Assembly: GCA_051294375.1 (NCBI GenBank)
Contig: CM119270.1
Location: forward strand, 8,111,063-8,175,062
Length of the DNA: 64,000 bases
Direction of reading: 5' to 3'
Source of the DNA: Paraspadella gotoi
Taxonomy: Eukaryota; Animalia; Chaetognatha
Shown here: in pieces, positions 36,356 through 47,191 of the stretch
Position numbering within the stretch: the stretch's first letter is position 1
Layout: the number at the start of each line of letters is the position of its first letter
The notes under the pieces: generated by a model
The model's input: only the letters and a program-made list of their open reading frames with translations
Told to the model about the DNA's origin: nothing
Databases searched by the model: none
Position numbers and translations under genes: made by a program

Positions 36356-37376
36356 GCTTCGGAGAGTTACAAGCTGGCTCAGATTGGAAAACAGAAGTAG
36401 ACAATATGAACTATAGCTTAAAAATCCATACCTCGCTACTTACATAGTACCTAGGATCTTGAAGCTGTTAAGCACATAAGGAGATAAGCCTTGAATAGAG
36501 CCAAACTTCGTCAATGGGGTGGGTCAGAAGTTTGATTTGGGAACCTTTCCAAATGAAACTTCATACATTTCTGAGAAAAACTTTCAATGGACGCAAAATT
36601 TTCTTAAAATAAGCATTAGTTAAATTTTTATATATTATATTTGATAGGAAATGTCAAAAATTTTTTTGGAATTTTTATTTTTTTAAAAGCAGATTCAAAT
36701 AGCTTATGAAACAGTATTTACACAAAGTATAATTTCTTTTTCCATAATTTGATGATAAGGGGTTTAAATTGAGAAAAACCTTAAAAAATCATATCATCCT
36801 CATCATCGCATGATTTAGCAGTTTTACTAATTTTTAGTAATAAAAACCAAAATTTTAAAAAGTTGTAATTATATTTTTGCTTAACTTTTTAAAGCTCTTA
36901 TCAGAATCAAATTAAAAAAACTTAAAATATCCAAAAAAATTTTTTTGTCATTATATAGCAATAAATAATATTAATTAGCGAATTACTCATGGTTCGGAAC
37001 ATTTTTGCAAAAAAATATTTTAACACAATAATTAATAACCAATAATGGTAGTTTATGCTGTTCCATTAAAAATTTGAATTTGGTCGGCTACCGCTACCTT
37101 GAACATCGATTATTACTTTGCCGCAATCAATGATACGTATACGTCAATAAGCCACAGTAATGAGAGTATACAATGAAAAGATGAAAATAACAGTAACAGT
37201 ACTTCTCATTCTTAAGTATCGGCTTTTTTACGTAAGGCGTCGCGGGGTTCAAGCAGAGGCAAATCGCACATGGAACCCCGGGGGAGAGAGATGAGCTCAG
37301 AAGGACAGACGAGTTACCCCCGGTGGGACCGGCATCCGCGTCACCCGTCGTTACCGGGATCGCCGTAATTTTGTCT

Positions 37377-37447
37377 CTATTTTAAAACAATCATTTTTAT
37401 TGCTTTTGTCTGGAAGTCAGTTCGGGTGAGGGCGTCGAAGCGCAATC
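37377..37447 (-). CDS. Candidate last coding exon (6) of the four-TM protein gene: (G)LRFDALTRTDFQTKAIKMIVLK*
   Basis: Pyrimidine tract plus AAG acceptor, phase-1 compatible with exon 5. An alternative acceptor near 37377 would give ETKLRRSR*, so this exon is uncertain. Confidence 0.3.
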
Positions 37448-37776
37448 CTTTGCAATAAAATGAAAAGAAAAAAAAATAAGTCGAATTAACAAAGGAATAT
37501 TTTTACTTTTTCTGAGTTTATTGCACTAAGCGAAATTGTTCAAATATATGACGAATCTTACGCACGGAGTTTACAATTGCCGGCGAAGTAATAAAACTGG
37601 ATAAAGAAAAAAATAGGGAAGTCAATCTTGAGTCGGGCATCGATGGCGACGATGACGACGACGACGACGACGACGATGATGACGACAACTACAAACAATG
37701 AAAAATTAACTTCCGGTTCATTTTTCGGAGAGTTTATTCCCGTCCACCACTTCAAACCTTTCAAATACTGACTTAC

Positions 37777-37796
37777 CTTGTGCAAAAAACTTTAAG
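37777..37796 (-). CDS. 20-nt micro-exon (5) of the four-TM protein gene: (S)LKFFAQ
   Basis: ttcttagttgttAG|CTTAAAGTTTTTTGCACAAG|GTAAGT: perfect donor; phase 2 in, matching exon 4. Confidence 0.5.
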
Positions 37797-38248
37797 CTAA
37801 CAACTAAGAATATAAATAAACTGGAATGTAAAACAAATAAATAAATTGGAATGTAAAACAAGTTGTGGACCATTTCGAACTATTGCATTAGCCTATAAAG
37901 TTTAGAATATACATAATGAACTACAAAACGAGTTGTACTAGACCACGAAAACAAAGACGCCTCGTAAAAAGAGACTCCCGTCTCAAAGAAAAAAAAAAAA
38001 ACTCGCGCATTGCTTCGGGCCGGACCCCGCCCCAAAGAGGAAAGAGCGACCTTTCGAGACATTAGTTTCCGATTCAAGACGCGCCGCGCGTCCGCGAGCC
38101 CGAGGATGCAAAATCGTCTCTCCGCGCCGCCCCGCGCCGCCCCCGCGCCCGGCCCGCGCGCCCCCGCGCCGCCCACGCGCCGCCCGCCGCCCGGGCCCCG
38201 CGACGCCGCTTTGTAATTACTCCATTTGCCGCGAAAGGCTTTTTTGAC

Positions 38249-38305
38249 CTTGCCGCGGTGAAAAGGGCAGGACCGGCCGACGACGCCGCCACCACGATCA
38301 AGACG
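38249..38305 (-). CDS. Exon 4 of the four-TM protein gene: (Y)VLIVVAASSAGPALFTAA
   Basis: tctctccttcacgtAG|C GTC TTG ATC...GCA AG|GTCAAA. The first base completes TA+C = Tyr from exon 3. Hydrophobic, consistent with TM4. Confidence 0.55.
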
Positions 38306-38372
38306 CTACGTGAAGGAGAGAGAGAGAGAAGAGAGAGAGACGACGAGAAGCGAGAGGAAGGAGAGAGGGAGA

Positions 38373-38411
<39 letters not shown>

Positions 38412-39252
38412 CGTTTTTATAAAAACGTTGGCGCTCTTAATTCGTCAATCTGAGTAAATCTAAAACATTTTTCCTTTTTTCCCTCCTTATCCTTTCCCCT
38501 TCCCCTTCTCCTTTCTCTTCTTCCTTCCCTTCAAAGAAAAAAGAAAAGAAAAAGAAATCGCAGTTGCTTGATTTTTTCCCTCTATCCTTTCCCCCTCTCT
38601 CTCATCTTCTCTCTCTCTCCTCCTCTCTCTCTCTCTCCCTTCTCTTCCTCGTCTCATCTCTTACGTACCTCATCCTTCAGCCGAGCTCTCACTCATCTCT
38701 CAATTCTTTGGGGGAGGTTAACGCCCGGTTGAGGGGAGCCTGCTTGCGAGATCGCGTTATCCATACAAAGTACCTGATTTTTGCCAAACAGACAAAGTTA
38801 TGAATAACTGATTTCGTTTACTCCTTCTCCTCCTTCTGCAAACCTCGTTTCCGATTTTGCCTCCGCGTTGACGTAAAAAAAAAATTTCAATCCCGACTTT
38901 TGAAAAAAATTTTTTTTTCTTTTCGACCCGGGACGCGGTTCTGTAGTGGGACTCGAAACCCGGCAGGCACCGGGGGAGCTGTAAACCATATTTTCTAGGG
39001 GGGGGGGTGCCGGAGTGGGTTGATTAACTTTATAATGGCTTACGATGGCCGAGAGACTTCATTATAATTGCTCACACTAAAAATATTTTCTGATGACAAG
39101 CTCTCCGAATCACTAATCGATTTTATCATTTTGTACATGTGAAAAAGTAACAAGTGGCTTGCCAATATTCCGTTAATGAATATATGAAATTTGTACCAAT
39201 ATAAAAATTATCTATTCATTTAATAAATAAGCTATCTTGCCCCTGACTTTGG

Positions 39253-39291
39253 AAAGGCTTTGGTGGTTTAACTTAAACCACCAAAGCCTTT
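39253..39291. repeat. Perfect 39-bp palindrome (19-bp arms, 1-nt spacer)
   Basis: AAAGGCTTTGGTGGTTTAA C TTAAACCACCAAAGCCTTT. Confidence 0.95.
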
Positions 39292-39739
39292 AAGGCCTCC
39301 ATCACTCTTACACTCTTACAAAGTTACAAGATTTATTTCTTAAGCCCCGAACTTTTAGTAAAATTGTCTGAATGTCTGAAAGCTGATTTTTTTTTCACAT
39401 AAAATTGTTTCTGATTACGTGGAAGACTACTGTTCGCAACTTTTTTGCCCCCTCGGCAATAATGAAACGGGTCCTTGGGTTTGGAACTTGGTTTCATTGT
39501 TTTACACGTATCCAAGGCGGATAAGGGCCGTCCTAACGCTTACTCCGGTAACTAATGTTCATGAGCCACCTGGTTTGTTTCTTGGCGGGAAGAACTTTCT
39601 TGATGAAAAGTCTATCAGAAGAAGACTTTCGTCCAAGGAAATAAGAAGTTCCGGATAAAAGAAGAAAATTTTGGGCTGAAAAGCCGCAGAGCCGGATCGA
39701 AGTCTCCGGACGACGAAATCGGAAATAGCAATTTCTATG

Positions 39740-39771
<32 letters not shown>

Positions 39772-40630
39772 CCGTTGGGAAAGATTTTCAAGTCGCCCCG
39801 ACTATTAAGCCGCCAATGCAGTTGAGCGTCGTTTGGCCAGAGAATGAAAGGGAAGCTGGTCCATTGGATCCACTACGAAAGCTACTGTATAGAAAAACAA
39901 TCTTGTCTTTTAATAAATTAAGTATACCAATGAGCTTGAAAGAGTAAAAAATACAAATGTTATACTGAATGACTAATTTAGTTCATAAGCGCGGCATTGA
40001 TAATTGATACTAAGAAAGCGTATAGAGTAAAGACCATGCGTTTGTTCTAGAGTTCCGATAACCGTTAACAGTTAACGGTTATTAACGGTTAAAAATTATT
40101 TTAACTTAACCGTTAATATATTTATTTTAACGGTTAACTTCGGTTAATTTTCAAGTATGATTTTTGTTATTTTTTGTTAGGAAAACTATGATTTTTTAAG
40201 AGAAAAAAATTTTTTCCTGTCCTCTCTTATTCTCCTCTCCCTTTCTCACTATATTTTTCCCCCTGTCTCTTCTACTTTTTTTCTCTTTTTTTTTTATTAT
40301 TTTATTTTCAACCCTTTTAATCTTTTTTCTATCCTAATCTCTTATCGTTTTTTTCGGCCCTTCCAGTATTTTTTTACTTACTTTTTCCTAATTGTTTTCG
40401 TTTTTCCTTTCAGCTAATTTTATACATTTACATCAAAGAATATTTTGAAATATAATATGCATCTGCATATATTTTCTTGCAAATAAAATTCTTGCATGCA
40501 ATAATATTCTATTTTGCTAATAAAAAAATAAATAATCTTTCTAATTTGACTTTTTCTCACTTTTTCTTTCCTTTTTTAAAATGAACAAAGAAGTAAATAA
40601 AATAAAACCGAATAAATTTAAAAAAAAACT

Positions 40631-40778
40631 AAAGTTTATTTGTTTATAAACAACGGGTTTTTACTCCAAAAAACGGACATGTTTCGACTCTAGTTTTTCC
40701 GAGTCTACATCAGCGCGTGAGAGTCGAAACATGTCCGTTTTTTTAATAAAACCCGTTGTTTGTAAACAAATAAACTTT
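40631..40778. mobile_element. Penelope-like element remnant: inverted pseudo-LTR hairpin nested in the hAT element
   Basis: ~60-bp inverted arms (40631-40691 and 40720-40778) around a short loop. Each arm carries GAGTCGAAACATGTC followed by AATAAA, the arrangement seen at tail-to-tail PLE pLTR junctions. Confidence 0.6.
40673..40716 (-). ncRNA. Minimal type I hammerhead ribozyme-like motif
   Basis: Minus strand: gcg CUGAUG(U)A GACUC ggaaaaacua GAGUC GAAAC AU GUC cgu. It has the core CUGAnGA with one extra U, a 5-bp stem II, GAAA, a palindromic mini stem III (ACAUGU) and a GUC cleavage triplet. Stem I is only ~3 bp. Confidence 0.6.
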
Positions 40779-41542
40779 GCTTTTACTTATCTATAAAAGC
40801 AACGAAAAGAAAGTCTTAACACAATATTCATAATTATATTTATAGTCATGGTTTATGAAAGACTAACAACAGAAAACATGCTTTCAAGAAACTAACAACT
40901 ATAAAAATAATGAGGAAGAGAAATAGAAAAAGTGAAAGTGAAAGAAAGAAAGAGAAAGAGAGAAAGAGAAAACAAATATACAGAATAAGAATTACATTGT
41001 GCTTTTTATTTCATTGTCTTTTTTCATATTTTTATTATGCTATGAGTCAAAAGAAAGATTTATTATAATGCTTTATTTGATTAGCTGATGGGTAGATTCA
41101 TGATAGTTTTCTCAAACCAATTTTCTCCTTTATCAACTATAATGTGTACCTCATCTATCTGAAATAGAAGATAAATACGATTCAGGAGCCGAAGTTAAGG
41201 AAAAAATACCATTAAATACTTACCATTAATTACTTTTAAATATTAATATTTGAAATTTAAAGTTAAATTATAAAATTAACCGATTTTAACGGTTAACCGT
41301 TAAAAACGTTAGTTTTAACGGTTAAGCGAAGTTCCTTAAAAATTAACGGTTAACGGAACCCTAGTTTGTTCGTAATAAAGGTTGGTGGCCATTATGTTTG
41401 GGGACAAATTAAAATAAAAATCCCCGACGAAGGAAAACTATGAAAACCTCAATATCGAACCCGAGATGAAGAGATTCCTTTTATTTTTTGCAAAGAGGAA
41501 TTCCATCTCTGACAGATTTACTTCCTTCCTTCTCGGCTGAAC

Positions 41543-41544
<2 letters not shown>

Positions 41545-41593
<49 letters not shown>
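41545..41593. repeat. (TTG)n microsatellite
   Basis: Directly visible. Confidence 0.95.
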
Positions 41594-41595
<2 letters not shown>

Positions 41596-41997
41596 TGCGT
41601 TGAAGTCGTTGTCGTTGGAAAATCTAGATTATGTTGCTGTTTGGATGCTTTGTTATTTTGGTTGTCTGGCTGATTGTTGGTGAACCAACAACGGACAAAG
41701 TCTCCTACTCTCATCTCGGTTCCTCATATTCGTTTCTTTCTTCTCTTCTACTCTCTTCCCTCTCCACCTCATCACTCTCATTCTGCTTTCCTCTCATCGT
41801 CTCTCTCTCTCTCGTGTTTTCGAGACTAAACAATCACGAAGAAAACGGCGTCAACGTGGATTTCCCAAGCGAGCGACAAACAGAATTCTGGCGAGAAGAA
41901 AAAGAAAAAAAGGAGGAAAGAAAAAAAAAACATAAAAAGAAAGATATTTAAAAATACGGAGAGAGAAGGAGAGGCAGAAGGAGAGGAAGAAATGAAG

Positions 41998-41999
<2 letters not shown>

Positions 42000-42088
<89 letters not shown>

Positions 42089-42089
42089 A
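42000..42089. repeat. (AAAG)n microsatellite
   Basis: Directly visible. Others lie at ~46060-46155, ~46650-46745, ~57750-57850 and ~58327-58420. Confidence 0.95.
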
Positions 42090-42223
42090 AAGATAGATAA
42101 AGACTTCAAAAGAATGAAAGGAAAGAGAGGAAGCTCGAAGCGATAAAAATCCTGGACTCCAATCAACGGTAAAAACGAGGAGCCACGATGGAATGGAGAG
42201 GCGAAGGCGTCAAAGGGATCATG

Positions 42224-42283
<60 letters not shown>

Positions 42284-42557
42284 AGAAAAGAAAAAAAGAA
42301 AAAGAGAAAATTTAATTGAATCTTTTATATTCCTAAATTTCTAGTTTTAAAAATTAATATCTATTAATAGTCTGAAAGTCGTAATTTTTTCCCAATGAAA
42401 CGCACGATCGAGATTAAAACGCTCCAAGTGCCATACTTTTAAAAAACATCATGTCAACAGTCAGTGTACGTTTATAATGATACAAAAGAGCAACTACAAC
42501 CGGTTATAAAATACTTTAAATTCGCAAAGCGGATGCTTTTTTAAGCTCTTCTTTTAC

Positions 42558-42640
42558 TATCCGTTATAAGACTTCTCGTCTGGCGTGTTGTCGTCGTCAA
42601 ACAAGGGCATGTAGCACGAATACACAAAGATATTCACAGC
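42558..42640 (-). CDS. Exon 3 of the four-TM protein gene: AVNIFVYSCYMPLFDDDNTPDEKSYNG(Y)
   Basis: atttttcttccAG|GCT GTG AAT...GGA TA|GTAAAA. Phase 0 in, matching exon 2. It completes the third hydrophobic helix and is followed by an acidic loop. Confidence 0.65.
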
Positions 42641-43229
42641 CTGGAAGAAAAATTTCCGCAATTATTTGTTTGCTCTGTTTTCTTTTCAGAAAAAAAAAAA
42701 ACAAAAAAAAAACAAACTGTCAAGTTCATTTAACTTTTTATTCTACACAGTTTCGAAAACCTAAAATAACTTTTTTATTTACAACAACGACATTTTTACT
42801 AAATCGTAAATGATATTATTTATGCCCTGATGGAACATTTTTCATAAAAACGTCTTTGTTATAACTAATAAAGTTCTTTTACGTTTTCTAATGTCAAACA
42901 CAACCAAAGAAAGATGTCGACAATGTCTACACGTTAAAATATTTTGTTAAATATAAAATATATAATATATATAAATCTTACTCAATCTCACTCTTACACT
43001 CTTTCTCTCATTCACCGACACATCTCTCTCTCTCCTGCTCCGTCTCTCTCTCTCTCCCACTCCGAGACGCTTCCTCATGTCTTTCTCTCCTTAATCCCCT
43101 TTCTCCCTCACCAAAAGCCCTATCGCAAGCACGAGGCAAATCGGAAACGCAGGACTTGAAAATATTGGTTCAGTGGTGCAATCCTGTAACGAGAGTTCGA
43201 TTACATTGTACATACAATCGAGCAAATAC

Positions 43230-43834
43230 AGAAAATGATACGCCGTTTTTCGAGATGAGAATCGGTTCCGCACAAACTACTCGATCTAATTTGATGAAAT
43301 TTGGCAGAAGGTTGAGACTTGAAATACAAATGGAACTTTCGAGGGGATTTTTGATATTCAACGATACAGGGAGAGATACAGGGCCTTGCGGTCGAACCTT
43401 CAGGGGGCGAATAAAGCCTAATATTTTTTTTCTTTTCGTGAATTTATTTGCGGCATCAGTCTTACCCACAAAAAAAAAATTTAGATGTAAAATTGATGTA
43501 TTTTTTTTAATTGACGTTGTTTGAACATTCATGGTTCATCATTTTACTTGAATTTTTCCCTTGTTATTCCAAATCTGGGATGCACCGCTGATGTTCATGT
43601 CTAAGCTAAACCAGTTTTTCGGTAGTAATAAATATGTTTTTGAGGATGAATAAACATTCATGCAACTGTTGAAAACTAAAAAATTCTAAAAATTTCAAAA
43701 AGAATTTTGACCATTTTTCTCGGCTTAGGGGTAAAATATGAAAATTCGCATCGATAGTTCTATTTGTATTCCCTTAAGGATAATATGTAAAACATTTCAA
43801 CATATTTGGTTGAAGAAACGGCGTATCATTTTCT
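43230..43834. mobile_element. MITE-like element (~605 bp)
   Basis: Perfect 19-bp inverted repeat AGAAAATGATACGCCGTTT (43230-43248) / AAACGGCGTATCATTTTCT (43816-43834), plus an inner imperfect IR (~43323-43350 vs ~43741-43770). TSD and superfamily are not evident. Confidence 0.7.
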
Positions 43835-44061
43835 AATTTGAAGACTTCTGTATTAATGTATTTAATTACCTCATAACCAAAACTGCAAAACCATTTCTGA
43901 AGTAGTTTGGGATCAATAGAAATAAACAGCACGATCAGCTGTTAAAAAAATATATGAACAGAGAGAGGGATAAGCTCGCACTTTTGTTTTTGAATTTGCA
44001 CTTTCAANNNNNNNNNNNNNNNNNNNNNNNNNAAAATTGAATGGACAGCTATTCTTCTCTC

Positions 44062-44136
<75 letters not shown>

Positions 44137-44269
44137 AGCCTTAAAGCTCGCCTTTTGTTTTGAATTTCAAATTTCATTTTCTCTCTCTCTCTCTAACTTG
44201 CATAGGATATTTAACTTTGAGATACATTTAGACATTAGATTCTCCTCAGGGACATTAAAATTATATTAC

Positions 44270-44408
44270 TCGAAAGTAGCGATGAAGCAAATGCTGATAA
44301 GGTGAATGATCAACTGAGTTTTGGTCAGACAGCATCGGTGATGACCAAACATGCCTTGGATCCCAATCACCATGTGACTCACGCCGAGAATCGTCACTAA
44401 AAACATTC
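44270..44408 (-). pseudogene. Exon 2 of the four-TM gene, duplicate copy with 1-nt indels
   Basis: Same sequence as 53504-53644 but with several single-base indels, including at the donor. Confidence 0.55.
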
Positions 44409-44555
44409 CTGAGGCAACAATTAATTATTGACCTTTTTGGCTGATCAACGGTAGGTGGATTTCAGTCCACATAACAGTTAATACTCAATAATTTAAATCA
44501 ATCAACAACTTTTATTCAATCAATCAATCAAATGCCAACTGCACCGCAACCGCAC

Positions 44556-44691
44556 CCCGGCGTGATTCTCCTCCGTGATCATGAGGACGAGTCCCGCGAC
44601 GAAGGCGATGAAGCCGACGATGATGTGGAGGGAATCCACGACTCGCAGCCGTCGTCTTGAGGACGGGTTTGTCCAATTGACCCGGGGACAT
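44556..44691 (-). pseudogene. Exon 1 of the four-TM gene, duplicate copy with a 1-nt insertion
   Basis: 136 nt versus 135 nt for 53796-53930; the extra base lies near 44647. Confidence 0.55.
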
Positions 44692-45583
44692 GACCTCGCC
44701 TCAGTTGATCCGCCTCTTCTTTTAAATTAGTCCCTATCACTTCCTCTCTTCTATTATATCATGGCTCTCCTTTTATTTGTACATTTATTGGTTGACTTGA
44801 AAAAAAAATTGTTTTGCTGCCGAACTATCTTTCATCGTTACATGGCCCAACTAAGTTTCAATTATTATTTTTTTCGGTATTCGCAATTTCTGCGACTAAA
44901 TCTTAAGACTTTTCCATCTTAGAGGGTTAAAAACAGGCCTTGATTATAATTGTGCGACTATAATGTCGTCCTGTCTAAAATTTTTAATTAATTCTTAGGA
45001 TATTTTTCTAAAATATTTTTTCACATAGAGAGTCCTTAATAAAAAGTTTCATTAGTAAACTAGATGACGTCTCCGCCTAAGCGATAGTCACGGCTATACC
45101 GCTTTAGTTAATTACATTAATGCCTCTATTTAGTTTTTATTACCTTGTATTTCTTTCGTTTATGCTCTTAACTTTTTTTCTTTTATATATATTCGTTTCG
45201 GTATATTGATATACGTCAATAATTTACAATTTTCTTTTGCGATTCTGACCAACGATCCTCCCCCCCTCCTCCTCAACCTCCTTCTCCTTCTCCGTTTCCT
45301 CCTCCTCCACCTCCTCCTCTCCTCCTTCCCCTCCTCTTCTACCTCCTTCCCGACTCCTACTACTTCTCCTTGTTTTTCCGTCCGAGCCCTGCCTAAAAAC
45401 TTGTTTAGGGTTCTTTTTGATAAATTGATACATAATGATATTTATTGACAATACATGGTCAAGTTGTTTTTTATTGACAAAATTTATATTTATATGTATA
45501 ACTTTGAGTCTTGACCGAAGGAGTCCTAGACACTGTAAAGTCACGTGAGAGAGAGAAAAGAGAGAGGAGAGAGAGAGAGAGAG

Positions 45584-45658
<75 letters not shown>

Positions 45659-45754
45659 GGGGGGTGGAAAGATGAGGTCGAAATCAAATAAAAGCCACTT
45701 ACTGAAAAACCTGCCAACTTTCCCGGAACGTGACCTCTTCAGAAAGAGAGAGAG

Positions 45755-45812
<58 letters not shown>

Positions 45813-46694
45813 AAAGGAGAGAGAGAGAGAGAGAGAGAGAGCGTATAATCTGGTGAGAAAAAAAGTCTTAAAAAAAGTCATATAAGGAAAGATATAGGAA
45901 AGGTAAGAAAGTTTCTTTCCATTTCTCATGATTATACATACAGAATAAGAACAAAAACTAAGAAAAACTACAGTTGAAAAAGAAGGCGGGAAAAAATGAA
46001 AGAAGGGAGAAAAGGAAAAGAAAAAAAGGAAATTGAAAATAAAATTAACAAGAGATAATTAAAAGAAAGAAAGAAAGAAAGAAAGAAAGAAGAAAGCAAA
46101 GAAAGGAAAGTAAAGAAAAGAAAGAAAGGAAAGAGAACCAAGAAAGAAAGAAAGACTGAAAAAGAAGATAGATCTTTGAGAAAAAAAAAGCTATCTTACT
46201 TGAGTTGCTCTTCGATGGTCACGTCTTAAAAAAGCCGTGAAATGTGCATAAACAGGGGAAAGCGCTGGCAGCAGATATGATATAACTGAATACAAATTAG
46301 GCTCGGATTATCGGGTGGTTCTGGAGGCCACTGTCCAACCTCCCCTCTCACTCTCTCCACTCTCTTCGTGATTATGGTGCGATATTGAAGTGCGGGAAAC
46401 CGGATCCCTAAAACGGTCTCGCCACCATTAGATCCTTTGGCCCCGAAGTGCAGCATTGAAAATTTGGAGATACTTGTGCACGCGGTGTAAAGTATCATCT
46501 CACTCTCTCTCACTTTCTATTGTCTCGCTCGTTTCTCGCTCTTTCTCTTGTCTTTTTTTTAAAAATTGGTATTTAATTCTAAGTCTATATTCTTTATTAT
46601 TTCATTACTATTCATGTTTCTCTGCTTCTTTTTGTTATTTTTCATATTTCTTTTCTTTCTTTCTTTCTTTCGTTTCTTTCGTTTCTTTCTTTTT

Positions 46695-46730
<36 letters not shown>

Positions 46731-47106
46731 TTCTTTCTTTCTTTCATATAACCATTTTTGCCTCAAACATTCTCCTTTATACATTCTTTATACATATTTT
46801 TCTCCCTTTTTTCCTTCATCGACTTTCGTAGCATAATTTTTTTTTCTCCGACAAAGAAAAACAATGACGCGAGCGAATCAAGGACATTTTTTATTCCAGG
46901 GACAACAACCTTACTACACTAATGCGCTCACACGCCGATCGCTTTCTTCACTTTTTAATCAGCCGTAATTGGGAATTTAAGTTTTAATTTAAAATTAAAA
47001 AAGAGAATAAGATGTTATCGATAAATAAATGCAGTCGAAATCTTTATCTATAATGAAATTAGCTTTTGGTTTCTTTTTTCTTAAAAAACATTATGCGTTC
47101 ATATTT

Positions 47107-47191
<85 letters not shown>

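Larger units (their letters stand above)
40048..41363. mobile_element. Non-autonomous hAT-superfamily DNA transposon (1316 bp)
   Basis: TIRs TAGAGTTCCGATAACCGTTAA / TTAACGGTTAACGGAACCCTA. Exact 8-bp TSD GTTTGTTC at 40040-40047 and 41364-41371. Clustered subterminal AACCGTTAA/TTAACGGTT motifs at both ends. No ORF. Confidence 0.9.

Noticed and set aside
36590-36990. Degenerate AT-rich inverted similarity suggesting an old MITE
   Set aside because: Arms are too diverged and AT-rich; no termini or TSD are definable.
38110-38210. Almost pure G/C stretch as a CpG island or G-quadruplex element
   Set aside because: Low complexity, ~100 bp, inside a noisy region; cannot be distinguished from a read artefact.
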